Assembly (NCBI GenBank): GCA_010405405.1 | Contig: MU004231.1 | Coordinates: 3,894,884-3,958,883 of the forward strand | Length of the DNA: 64,000 nt | From: Microthyrium microscopicum | Taxonomy: Eukaryota | Direction: 5' to 3' | In this document: positions 1 to 12,474 of the stretch, one piece after another | How positions within the stretch are numbered: the stretch's first letter is position 1 | Layout of the letters: every line of letters starts with the position of its first letter | Translations under genes and position numbers: made by a program | The notes under the pieces: model-generated | The model's input: only the letters and a program-made list of their open reading frames with translations | Told to the model about the DNA's origin: nothing | Databases searched by the model: none

Positions 1-1209
1 GTGGCAGGAAGCCAACATCCGCGCTTTTTTCACATTTTTAGTGTCTATCTAGCCGCGGAAATGTACTATCATCTATAGCTCACATTGTACTTCACCCTAA
101 TCATCAAAATCCATCACCCGGGTCCAGGAAGGTTCACCTCAAGACGAAACCGAAATGATCGATACCATTGGACTGCTTGAACATAAATACCTACGGCTTC
201 GGTAAAACAAACTCTTATATGAGCCTGACATACCTCGAACCAGAAGCTTGGCCATCTCCAAGAGCCATTATCAGCTACAGTTCTTTGTCTTGGTATGGCA
301 AATGGAACAGGTTAGGCTCAGGTCCAGGACCAAATGTCCTTACACAGGGACCAAATAGGCCGTATTCTGCCACCAGATTCGCCACCAATCTATTCACAAC
401 CCAATTTCTTAGTTTAGCATCAAGTATTTCAAAGATGGTGTACTTGAATCCTGGCTTCTTAGTGTTGAGAGGGGCAAAAGGGTAAAAAGTGGTTTCTGAT
501 GCGTTTCGTGCCTCAGCCTCGCACAGGTCAACAAAAGACATACACCACCGGCTGCTCAGGGTCTCAATCTTCCCCTAGTCACTTTACCACAGGGCATGAG
601 AACTCCAATCCTACTCTTGAATCGATTTCAAACTCTTGTTGAAGGATTGATACAATGAAGGTCACACCAATTGTAACAACGAAAATAATGCATCGATTGG
701 TCTAGTGACAACAGTATCAGAAAAGACCACGACTTTTACTACATAGTGATGATGTTCATATTCTGATGGGTTTTGATTTCAGATTCAATTGGCCCTAACA
801 AGCTCTAGAGCAGTTTTCCAGGTACATCTCGCCAGCCTTATGCCGTGCCCGTATTGCGCCCTCGAATTCCATTTAGCTCACATCAATGGCTGGCCACTCA
901 TTTTCGTCACTTCAGATAAATACCGTGAAAATGCAAATGTGTACAGGGCCTAGCTGCTTTTCAATGACCAGAATGCAAACAAAAGTATCTTCCCCGCCTT
1001 TGTTTTTGTCATCTCCAGGTATCTATATCCAGTCTGAGCTTTTGACCAACACCGAGCCGACAATAATTGATAATGTGCAAGACATCTTCTTTGCATGTTC
1101 TTCTTTTGGTTTTATGAGTTGCTGTTTCTTGTTCCGTTTGTCTTACGGACCCTGGCTGAAAGAACGAAACGGTCAATGGCATTTTTTCTTCTGCGTCCTT
1201 TGAGTAGAA

Positions 1210-2918
1210 ATGTTTCGTTTCGGCGACTTCAGATCTGCTAGAAACCGTTTCTCAGTCAACACGTTTATCGAAGCTCGAGAGAGAAAGACTCTCTCGCTTG
1301 GAATCACTCTTTCCCTTCATCTTCTGCTGTGGCTATCCACTTGCGGTTTGATATTGTCTGGATACACCATTGCTGCGCCGGTGGATGGAACCTTAGTACC
1401 ATCTGCTATTCTAGTAATACTAGCGGTAAGGTGCACTAGAACGGTCTTCAAGCTTGGGCTAACTGTACCAGTCTATATGTTCTATCGTTTACGTTGTCTT
1501 GCATCACATTTTCGCTCGACGACGGTACATTACCATCGAATATGGCGAGCAGCCGGACAGTCCACTTAGACAGCCTCGATATATTGTAGCTCGACTTGGG
1601 GGATTAATAACTCTACTTTGGCTTTGTTCGACAGGCTGGGGTATAATTGTTGCCGCGAGACGACCAGTCTGTTTAAACAACCATGTAGGCACGCCGCCAT
1701 CATGGCAAGCCGGTCTACCGTGCAGATGTCATAGGGGAGCAACTGCAATTTCCATGCTTCTACTGTTAGTTTGTACCTTTTCAAATGACTTCTTGGGTAC
1801 TAATAGTCGATAGTGTGGTTTCCTGCGTACTATTCGTCTTGATGCAATGGGATGCTAGTCCATTCGACAGCCATCTCCTAGGCCATTTCAGCGTTGCGGA
1901 CATGCAAGCTAATGATACTGCCTCTGTATCATCGGATCCTAAAGATGAGCTGGGAGCTCCCATGATCCGCGATATATCACTTCCTCTACCAAAGGACCTT
2001 CCTCCGCTTCCCAAGGACTACGAAACTCGTGAGAAGCATGTAGATCCCCCAATGAGTCAAAGTCGAAACCCCGTACTTCAGGGTGAAGCACTTTCTCGCT
2101 CAGCTTATGTTCTTCCAGAGCTCTTGTTCGAGCCGGATCAGCCTACAGTTATCGTGAACACGATATCCGTCTCCCAAGTCGAGTTACAACACCCTCGTCC
2201 AATTCGAAGAATTGCTTCAGCATCATCCTTAATGCCTACTCCTAAACCCATCCATCGGGCTCACCGATTGCATCGTCGATCGCTCAGCGCCGGCTCTGTC
2301 TATCCACAACACAAGCCCCTATACAAACCTACTATGATCGACTATCGTGGCTCCTCTTTCATGCATCCAGCAACAAATGCTAGAAGCGCGGCCCCGTCAG
2401 CCTGGACCGCCGTGCACCCACCAAGACACGGCTATGCCAAGCCACAGCGGCGCGGTACAGTTGCCACCATCCGTCATGGCCAGCTTGGAAGTGTTCCTTA
2501 CAACAACCATCCGTATCTTTCAAGGGCTAGGACCGCCTACTCCAGCTCCAGCTCCAGCTCATCGCTAAGCAGTGGGCCATATCCCGCCGCAAGCTGGTCC
2601 AACTTCCCTATGCCGCCAAACTCCCGTGCCATTGTTAGACAAGGTGTACACCGAGCAACGAGCAGTTTTGGCTCAAGCTCAAGTGGATATGGGCGAAGCA
2701 ATATTAGTTCGCAGCTGAGTGATCATTTGGAGGAAGACGAGGACGCCATCACAGAGTTTTCATCATCTTCAAACGGGTCGAATAGATCGGCGGCTACGGC
2801 GCGATATTACAACGAACGCATACCTTCTAGTGTTAGAAGACCGGCAGATCCATATGCGAGGTATAATGTCTTGAAAAAGTCCCGATCTACGACGGCGATA
2901 CGTGGTGGGAACTGGTAA
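1210..2918 (+). CDS. Hypothetical membrane protein (about 4 N-terminal TM helices, disordered S/P/R-rich tail)
   Basis: Exons 1210-1425, 1472-1764, 1814-2918. The GTAAG..CTAAC..CAG and GTTAGT..CTAAT..TAG introns join three track ORFs in phase. Confidence 0.75.
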
Positions 2919-3501
2919 ATGCTAGCCGTGAGATAAGGTGGTCTCCTGTATTGTAAAAGGTAGTACGTAGATGGCAAATGCTCAGAAATAACTTGTGGTA
3001 TACCCTCAAGACGATGCTTTCAAATCAAATATCGTATTTGAGAAATGTTCTACTTTCTTACGCTTTAGCTTTATCGCATGCTTTGCTTCCCATCGAATGT
3101 TTGACTTCCTATGGGAGGCTTAATTTCATTGGCAGCTTTTAGCTCTAGAAATCATTCCATATTTTATTGAAATCACTACTTTCTATCACTTACTTTGATT
3201 TCCAACGAAAGTTTGACTTCTTAACGATTACTCAAGGTGAGAACAGCCGTACTTTCATCTTTTGGTAGTTAACTTCAGCCTTGCCAATAGCCAAGGCTGA
3301 CCAATCAAATGGCTAGAAAAGCGGCAGCGTTCGGATCAGACCCACCCTGGTCACGAACCTGGGCGCCTTCCGTCGCGGATTGAAATTGATGAAACGTTAC
3401 AACTCCTATGCCTCCCAATTTTATCGGACTTTCATACCTCGCCATCGCCAGAGAGAAATATCAACACATGAGTGCAATATGGTCCAAGACTCATTTACGA
3501 C

Positions 3502-5690
3502 ATGGATGTCTTCTGGGCCGATCCTTGGAATCAGGACACTCCGGAGCCAGCGTTAGACCCATCGTCCAGTTTTCCGCCAGAAGGTGTCCATGGTACGCCA
3601 GCCGAGAGAAATCTTTGGACTACTTGGGAAACCGATGAGCCTGTGCGAAAAGACGCGTCGACCTGGGATTCGCCTTGGTCGACGTATCAGCCTGAAGAAC
3701 CTTCTGAACCGGTAACGGAAGAGGAAGTTCGTATTCCGAACAATGATGTACTAGCACCTGAATTATCGAAAAAGGAGCAAGAACCCCAATCCTGGACAGA
3801 AGCGGCTGAAAGTTCAGGAAAGGAATTCAGTCCTGGGCTAAATGGCCATAATCGCCCGATTTCAGACTCGTCTCCGGCCAGCAGTGATGGTGGGAGCCAG
3901 TCGCCCCAGTCGCCTCAAAGTCTCTTTGTCGGCCATCAGTCCCTCGAACATGATGGTGACAGCTTCGGGAAAACTGCTCCAAAGACGTCTATAGGCCTGG
4001 GACTGCTGAAATCTATCATATCGTCCAACAGTTCCCAGCAAGATATTTCATCCCCAAGCAAAGTAGATTTCGATCCTTCTCTACTTGAGCAGCTGTTCGG
4101 TCCAGCACCAAGCACAGATGTGAACTTGGCGACTTCGGATGATCTACTGGATCTGCCGAATGCTATTCAGACATGGACTAGAATTTCCAGACAACAAACC
4201 CTTCGCGACTGGACCTCTTCTAGCCCAAGAGACTCCTTCGTAAGAGTCGCCTGGCGGAATTCTGAGGTTCGAAAGTCGACCATCAAGATAGTGGCCAAGT
4301 GGAGAAATGATGGCTCGAAAGGCAACTCTAGGTCTTACAGTTCAAGTGGTATTTTCGGATGGAACTCCATCCATGAAGGACACAAGCCATCAATGGATGG
4401 TGGTGCCTCTGATCCGAGGTAAGATTCCCTGTGTCAAATGGCAATGCTTGACGATATTTAAATGTCAGAATCGGTGGTGGCAGCCAGCGCATTCGATGGC
4501 TCCCATATATTACGTCTCTAATCGAGTGCTATGGTTCTCACCAGATGTGATGGCTTTCTCACCGCGTCTCGTGGTTTCACCACGAAAGGCTCGATGGTCA
4601 TCCCAAAGCGCGCTCTGATCGTAACCTTGTACTAAAAATTTGCAGAAGTCCTCAAGATACAGGCTCCGCCTCTCACAAGAAATCGCCCGTGGATAGGATC
4701 ATGCCTATCGCCAAACTCTCATTGAGTTCTGTGGAAGTCCAAGATGGACAAACATCTCAACGAGATGATATATTATCGGAAGTAGTCGCTGAATGCACTG
4801 TCGACACCGAAGATCCTGCCGAATCTCAGGGTGGTCACCACATCGGAGACATAGCCACTACCATTGTCAAAGATTCTGCGTCAGAAATCAATATGGTTCC
4901 TGGGATAACACTCAATGATGCAGAGTTTTCAGATGGCTCTAATGAGCAGGACGACGACTGGGGTGATATTGTTGAAGCAGAACTAGAAAACTTAGAGAGT
5001 TTGGAGACAACGGGAACTCAGTCCGCAGAAAGTGTTGAAGATCTCCAGAGTTTGAAGATGAATGTTATTGACAAAAGCCATTTAACCGGGCCAAGAACGC
5101 CGAAAGAGTCAAATCAATATGCCGCAATAATGAAAGAGCTGCCAAAGGAATCAGCTGTTCTGAGTTATCTGGAGCGGAAAACCAGTGCTTCAATTAAGCC
5201 AGCTACGAACCCCAGCCGAGTCATTATCAGCTCTCCCTCAAATGATTTGGATCGCTCTACCACGCAGGGAGCTAGTACTTCTTTGGACGATGGAGGGGAT
5301 CTCAGACAATCACGGAACGACACCATCTTGGGTGAAGAACAGAATACCGAAGTCAAAGCCCAAGAATCTCCAATCGCTAGAGACTCCCTTCACAGTCTCT
5401 CGACGGAAACTACTTTGAAGAGCCCGTTGACTGAGGACTCTCCGACTATCAATCCTACCACCACAGTAGCACCGGAACTCAAAGAGCGAGCTTGTCCACA
5501 GGTTGTAGCGGCATCACCATCTTTCTCAAACACCATTTCCTCCACACCAGATCCTGCAGATATTTGGGGATCTCATCAAGACGAAGTATCGTCTCCAAGA
5601 AATCAGCAACAACTTTCAGTTATTGAGGAGTCATCAACTGTTTATTCAATCTTAAACGGCCTCTCATCTCTCTCATACATGCTTCCTTGA
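3502..5690 (+). CDS. Acidic, disordered fungal protein; candidate aftiphilin/Laa2-like AP-1 accessory protein
   Basis: Exons 3502-4418 and 4646-5690; the 227-nt GTAAG..TGCAG intron restores frame. Motifs WADPW, W..S.VRK, DDDWGDI and C-terminal LSSLSYML. Confidence 0.7.
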
Positions 5691-6079
5691 GAGCTTACCT
5701 GTACTTTTCCCACATACTTGTTCAACATCGTTTTTAGCTGGGCGTTGGGTAGGATGGTTTAGAATAGCAAATCGTTTGGCTACGATTTCAGGTCTCCACT
5801 GCTTTATGGCATAGGTGAATTCCATAGCTGCCATAATGGGACTGTCAATAAACAGGTTGTTTATACATATCGACTTATCTATAATCATATTCGAAGTAAT
5901 CACTACCGTTTTGTGGCTGGCAGTTAAAAAGTCCTCCGAAAGCTTGCGTTAAGCCTAACTTGTTGTTGTTCTGCTACCTCTCAATGATTTAATCAGGTTG
6001 GTTCATCGATAGTTCTTGATCTTGGTCTTATCTGTCTTTGTTGCGTATTATCTATCACACAATCTTTTGGCCAACTCTT

Positions 6080-7006
6080 TCAGTCTGCATAGGTACTTTT
6101 CCATTCTGCCGCCGCCACGCCATATTGTACGAACTCTACATCGTCCTTCTTCTCTAGAAGCCACTTCAGAAACCTTTCTATCATGGGAAGGACATGAGCC
6201 ATGCCGGCTGTGTCAGGGTGCATGATCAACGGGAAAACCGTCTGTTGGTTTCCCTGCTTTTCTGACGCCTCCATATGGATGAACTCGAACCTGTCTTTCC
6301 ACATTTGCTCAACAAGTCTAGTGTCTACATAACCCTGAGAATTGCTATTGTGGGGCCAGAACTGTAATGGTGTCATGTCTTCGGTATACCAGCCGCATGG
6401 TATTTCTATCAGGCCATTCGTAAATACATCCTTTGGCAAAGGATGCATCCAATCTTCAGCCTTGACGTGCGGCTCGAATCGAGGTCTCTGGATCGGCATT
6501 CCTCCGCCTTCTGGTAAGAAGTAAAGCTCGCTGTCGTGTCCCGACAGTGATGAGTCGTACACAATGCCGTTCTGCTCGAGTATTTTGATCGTGTTCCCTC
6601 TTAGGGAATAAAGTGGCGCACGAAAGCCTTTGGGAGTACGTCCGGTCAACCCCTTCACCAGTGATATACACTTTTCTATAACATCACGCTCTTGAAGTTC
6701 CGTGAGCTGGTTTGAGTTCTCATGACAATACCCGTGTAATCCAATCTCGGCACCAGATGATACGATTGCTGCTGTCTGGTCTGGGAATGATTCGATCGAG
6801 TGACCAGGGAGAAACCACGTTACATTGTTGGCAATGTGCAGTCTATCAAAAAGCTTTAGAAGCCGTGGTACACCAACTCGTGCTGCAAAGACACCGGTGC
6901 TGTAATCAGCCATGTTATTTTCTGGCGATGAGCCGGTACCCAGCCATCCAGATACCGCATCAAAGTCAACAGAGATTAAGATTTTGATAGGAGTCTTGAG
7001 CGGCAT
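6080..7006 (-). CDS. Polysaccharide deacetylase, carbohydrate esterase family 4 (PuuE/HpPgdA-like)
   Basis: Intronless 308 aa ORF with VDFDAVSGWLG, HGYCHE, GFRAP and MHPD motifs. Confidence 0.9.
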   Translation of the reverse strand: MPLKTPIKILISVDFDAVSGWLGTGSSPENNMADYSTGVFAARVGVPRLLKLFDRLHIANNVTWFLPGHSIESFPDQTAAIVSSGAEIGLHGYCHENSNQLTELQERDVIEKCISLVKGLTGRTPKGFRAPLYSLRGNTIKILEQNGIVYDSSLSGHDSELYFLPEGGGMPIQRPRFEPHVKAEDWMHPLPKDVFTNGLIEIPCGWYTEDMTPLQFWPHNSNSQGYVDTRLVEQMWKDRFEFIHMEASEKQGNQQTVFPLIMHPDTAGMAHVLPMIERFLKWLLEKKDDVEFVQYGVAAAEWKSTYAD

Positions 7007-8027
7007 GGTCTTAAAGGAAAACCGAGACTGCGCGAAAGGGCGTTTTCGTGGGGAGTTAGGCGATATAATTTAGGCTGGCAAAATGAAAAAAGGGAATTAG
7101 AAGACGCTTTCCCCGTTGGCTGGCACATAATCAGTTTCCTCTCACTACTAAACACTGGGAGGAGTCTGATAGCTCACAGTTTGTTGGAAAAGGGGCAGCA
7201 AGTATGAGCTAATACCGTTAAGGCCTAGGGCCGTTGGACTCCATCTCAAAGGTTTGCCTCGGGTCAAGATTCATTCAAGATTATTGAGAACGTATCTTGT
7301 AGCAAATGGCAGCCAAGAGAGCAAAAGAGAGCGTGTCATGTACTTCTTCATCAAGGGGTTGACTGCCAACGAGATGGTCTCATGTAGGGCGCGGCCCCAT
7401 ACGCTTCGCTGGCTCCCATACGCTACATTTTACTGCGGAGCACTTTATATGCCACTCAAGGCATACGATATTAGACTTTTTATCGAATCCAAGGGGAAAT
7501 ACGACAACTTCTATTTTGAGGCGTTGGTGGGAGCCATTACCGTTAATGGGAGTGTACCTCTCGCTTGCCATCTAGTTGGCAGGTAATGGCAACTATGAAG
7601 TAGCATTGCTGTCACGCTCAACTGGCGAAATGAGTTCTCTTAGATCTCATAAGTAAACGATGTTTGCCGCTGTACTGCTATGTATTGCACCCTATAGAGC
7701 AGGTAATCCTGTTGTTTCCCGCATTCGGTGGGAGACCGAAGCATAGTCCATGCCCATTAGTAGAATTGATAGAAGCTCTTTACTTCCTTGATCCACTGGT
7801 TGGTTCTCAGATAATACTATAACACCCAATGTCTTTGAAATCCTTTGAATGTCAGACTGTGAAGGTGATTCGAAATAAGTTAACGAAGGTTCAGCAGACC
7901 GATATCAGGGAAAACCAAACGCAGATCCCATTTGAGCTTGACACTTAAGGGTGAGTTTATGAAAGAGAGAGGAAGCAGGTAATGCATGTGAGGCTTGAAT
8001 GGCATTAGAACATGAGTTACTCCGGGT

Positions 8028-8846
8028 TTAGAATTTCTCTTCAGCCTTCCCCTTCCCAAGCTCGGCGACCCATTCCCAGACATTACGCTCGCTCGATTTT
8101 GTCCCAGCCACAATCTTCTTTGCCCACTCTGTATTCAAGAGCATCTTCATCTCCGCTGGGATTGAAGTCGTGTCAAATTCATGCATGGCCAAAAATCGCG
8201 GCGATGAATTATCGAGTTTCTGATAACGTGTGCTTCGATGATATCCCTTGAGCATACTACTCCGCGTTAGTCTGATTTGGGCAATATACCATTTTGGTGC
8301 CATGGTGGAACAATACCTGAACATATCCAAATGTTGTAATCTATACCAGTCGTCCACTTCTTTCTCCGTGCCAGCTGTAGGCTCCATCGCCAGCGTAATC
8401 AGGCCTTTTCCACGGCTCTTCTCAGGTGTTTGTCCTTCGAATGTCTGGATGCGCGAATACATGCGCATGTCCATCTTCATTACGTCGAGGAAGCTACCGC
8501 CCTTTGTACCATTTGTCTTACCTGGTAGCAGCTGGGACGTAAAGGTTAAACCGGTAAGGAGAAGTGGATTCTTGAGCTTTTCAACGTCGATGCGGTATAC
8601 GGCCAAGTATGGATACTCAGCACTGGTGTTGGTGTTCTTGTAGCGTACTGCAAGGTCTGAGATATTCTTATTTATGAAGTTGGGTAGATGCTCTTTATTG
8701 TACCATTGATTGAAAACATCCTCGGTCAATTCTGGATGGGTCGGACGGCTCGCTACGAACAAGAGGCCAGTGGTTTTGGGTTCTGCTAAGCCATAGGCTA
8801 CGGCGATATAGAAGCTTAACAGCCCAGCAAGGGTTGTAAGGCGCAT
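8028..8846 (-). CDS. Secreted EthD-like tandem dimeric alpha/beta-barrel protein
   Basis: ATG 8846 begins a signal-like segment MRLTTLAGLLSFYIAVAYG. Two repeats, FNQWYNKEHLP and VDDWYRLQHLDM. In-frame 60-nt intron 8316-8257. Confidence 0.75.
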   Translation of the reverse strand: MRLTTLAGLLSFYIAVAYGLAEPKTTGLLFVASRPTHPELTEDVFNQWYNKEHLPNFINKNISDLAVRYKNTNTSAEYPYLAVYRIDVEKLKNPLLLTGLTFTSQLLPGKTNGTKGGSFLDVMKMDMRMYSRIQTFEGQTPEKSRGKGLITLAMEPTAGTEKEVDDWYRLQHLDMFRYCSTMAPKWYIAQIRLTRSSMLKGYHRSTRYQKLDNSSPRFLAMHEFDTTSIPAEMKMLLNTEWAKKIVAGTKSSERNVWEWVAELGKGKAEEKF

Positions 8847-9882
8847 CGTAGTTTTTCTTAGTGTCGAAGTAAATTTGTGATCCAAGTAACAGTCATGCTA
8901 TGGATGTGAGGTGTATTTATCAGGACAACTGGAGTTATCAGGAGAAGAAATTGTCTAAAATGCTTCCTACAGATAGAAAATGTGGTTGGTTCTGCACTAT
9001 AGCGAAATGATTAATTGGTGTGCCTATAGATTGTAACTGGTAGACTTACTTTAATTTCAATTTAAGATTTATGCTTTTCCGAACAATTATACGCACGAAA
9101 TTCAGGTTCACTGTGCAATATAAGATAGCATATATCTTACTGGTTAGATCACACTAACACCAGGTCGTCAAAGAAGATGGCGCACTCCCACATTCCCATC
9201 AACTAAGATGTATCCCATCCAGTGCGATTGGGAAATACACTACTCACTCTGCTTCAAACCTTCGTCCAAAACATAGCCTTCCGCTCGTAAAGGTCAATCA
9301 TTTTGCTCAGAACAATGGCTCTATTCGCTGGCCGTTTGTCTTCCTTACATTCTTCGATGTTTCCTGACTTACGCCCATTTCTACCCCAGATATTGATGTG
9401 CCATTTCCCACCGATTGCGATAGGAACAATGTATCCCCTGGTTAACGCACTTGATGGTGACCATCGCACTTGTTAACAAGAATACTTTGGTTCTCAGCGC
9501 ATTATGGAGGTTTGAAGTTCTTACGCAGTCAGCTGGGAAACAAAGAACCTATTCATGAAACGTAGCAGCTGGTGGGACATGAGACTTGATGGGAGCATGC
9601 GAATTATTCTGTGGAGTGGTTGACATACGAGCTTGACAACGGTTGGACAGAATATAGCTTGATTCAAATACTCCAGGGATATCTCTGGAGAGAGCCATCC
9701 CATGAAGGGCATGTTTGCCATTATTTCTGCCTGCTCGCTGCCAGGATGAGAGTGAAATAAGTGGTCGAACAGCCTATACTTGGTTGACATCTGTGGTTCC
9801 GTGTATTCTACTATATTCATTATGATTTTGGACTGACAAGTTATTGCCTAAGAAGATTATAGGACCGAGCGCGGACTGGTGC

Positions 9883-12474
9883 TTAAACATGTTTTTCCTT
9901 AATCCCCGGTCCAGCACTCAATGCTCCGCTTATTATATTTGTGAAGCGTCCCACTGATGAACGACTTCGTGCCCTGCCGCGTCGTTCGTCATCATCAGGC
10001 TTACGTGCAGCTTCGCGAGCTGCAGCTTGAACTCTCTCCTGGGCCGCCGCTTCACTAGCGCGGCGAGCCTTGTCAGATTGAAGACCTTCACCAGGTAGAA
10101 GAATTGCGCGATCAAGCGCATACGGAAGACCACGATGGCGACCACGGATCATCATAGCGATGATAATGAGTTTGCTCAGTGGCTTGAACTGAGCAGAGAA
10201 GGATGCGTTTGTGTTGGGGTAGCCGAGACTTAGCCCAACGGTTCCGTACGCGGAGACGATTTCGAATAGGACAGAAAAGATGCTGAAGCTGGGCTCGGAG
10301 TTGTTTTCTATTCGGTCTCCTTCGATGACACAGATAAAGAACAAGCCAAGAAAGACATACCACAAATCGAAAGACAGTTGGCGTCGCAAATGGTTGCCAA
10401 TGTAACTTCGTGTGATAGGCTCGTCGTCTCGTTCATCCTCGTCATGTTGAGTTGGTTTAGCCCAGATGCCCAGGGACTTTTCTTCGTATACGTTTGTTTG
10501 GCGTACGGAAATGGCGATAGGAAAGACAGATATGTACATCATAATAAGATATGATACCTGAATTCCGGGATGCAAGTCTGCAAGGTTGACACAAGCAAAG
10601 CCGGCTGTTCGTGTCGAGGCAGCCTGAAATAGACCATCAAGGAATTTATAGCCGTCCGGCAAAGATGTGACGGCATCATCGTGAAGATCTAGGATGACAA
10701 AAAAGACCAAATCAATGACGTTGAGTAGAATGAGTACAGAAAATAACCACCATGTGGCCTTTCTTGGGAATAGAAGAGTGAAGCAACGTCGTGGATGATC
10801 CATTAGAAACCGTAACTCTTCCCATACGCCGCTCCCAAATGGTACGCACTTTGAAGCGACCCAGATGACGAATCTAAGCATGATTGGAAAGCCGGTATTG
10901 CCAATAATAATGAGAAACGATCCAAGTAACATCGGAAGCCAGGCTGTTTGGAAGCTTATCATGCTGTCTGGAGTGAGAGTGAAGCCAAGATCTGTGAACA
11001 TGCTTGTAGGTGTAAAAATTCCCCACCAGACTGGTGATTGACCAATTCCGCGAACAATTTCTGAGTATTTTGTTGATCGTACCATCCAGGGAAGTAGAAT
11101 GATGATACCTAGAATGGACAAGCCGATGTTGTAGAATAAGAGGACTGCTGCTAGAGTCTTGAGGGACCGGTATTCAATCCCACCAAGCTCCTCGCGTTGT
11201 TCTTCTGACAAATCAACAAACTGACTGTTGCGAGCAATTGTTGTCGAAAACGATAGGTATGGTAAAGGGTCTGTATCTTCTTTGCTCTGACTTAACGTTC
11301 GACCTAGAAATGTAGAGACACGTTGAACCCGAGAGCGAATGCTAACAGGAGAAGATGAATCTCGACGAAATCGATTGGGCAAAGAAAAATGGGGCCGGAG
11401 TCTGTGTTTCAATGGATGAGCCTCATCGTCTTCATCATTTTTCACTCCAGTGGTTCGAGGTTTCTTTTGCGCATCAAAGTCGTCGGTATGGGACGACCCA
11501 ACGCGGGTCAAAGGATCTGGCTCATCTGAATCACTATTGTTTATGCGCTCAGGCACAATTCCTCGTTCCGCGTCTCTTGGTCCTGGGATTCGCAATGCAG
11601 TATTATCCCTGGGGTTGCGTTGGTTTTCGACAAAGGCGATATGATGATCTTGTGATCGTTGTGCCGGCACTCGCTCCTCATTTGGTATTGGAGGCGGCTT
11701 ATTGACCTCATCAGCAAACGTGATGTCTCTTTTGAGGATTGGGGATTCCGAGGCGGCATGATCTGCTGTAGATGGTCGTCTCGGGGCTGGAAAATGCGTC
11801 CCTACAGGATCAGTCATGCCCCTTCGTAAGCCGAGTGGACGATCTTTATCATTTTCATGGAGAACTGTAATGGACCGGCCCTGAATACCGCGTTCTATCC
11901 GGTCCAAGTCGGTGCTGTGTTTTTCCATGCTCTTTGTCATTGACCGAGTTCTGCCACGTCCAAGTCTTGCTTCCCTTACGAGCCGTTGAAAGCGCTTCTC
12001 AAACCAATACAAGCGAACAAACACTACGAAAGTGTTTATGGTGATTGGATTACATAAACATGCAACAAACATGACTGTGATCTAACGGCGCAATGAGCAA
12101 CAACCAGAATTTAAAGCAATTTCTACTAACCTGCTGGTAGAGAAGCATTTTATTGACATCAACACTATTCAGCATTAGCAAATGGATTGCATTGGTGAGG
12201 AAACTTACGTGTTCAATCCGCTTTGAGTAGCAGCTCCGGTAGCAAAGAAAAGTGCATCGATATAAGGCAGTCCACCGCCAGGGTAAAGTATTATGGAACC
12301 GATAATTGAAAGCAAGATCAGATAAACATAATGAAAGAGAATGAAGTTGAATGATTTGAGCAATCGCCATTGCAGCCATAGTGGAAGTCTGGACTCAACG
12401 TTGTCTTCGAGGTTATTGCCTCTCCGCTTGGTGCGCTTCCACATGGACACAACAAGCCTATTGAAAGAGGCCAT
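9883..12474 (-). CDS. TRK1: Trk-type potassium transporter
   Basis: Exons 12474-12209, 12164-12131, 12081-9883. Pore motifs ATQSGLNT, FTDLGFT, STRTAGF, SAYGTVGLSLG; also ELGGIEYR and RGRHRGLP. Confidence 0.95.

Noticed and set aside
168..541. Overlapping short ORFs at the window start
   Set aside because: No recognisable motif or consistent exon structure; may be a relic but I cannot support it.
4419..4468. Short 50-nt intron option in the 3502-5690 gene
   Set aside because: Leads to an in-frame TGA near 4548; the 4645 acceptor keeps the frame.
7254..7586. 110 aa ORF
   Set aside because: TTG start, no motif, no splice support.
9254..9820. Two minus-strand ORFs with a GTAAGA donor between them
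   Set aside because: The obvious acceptor does not join them in frame and no family is recognisable.
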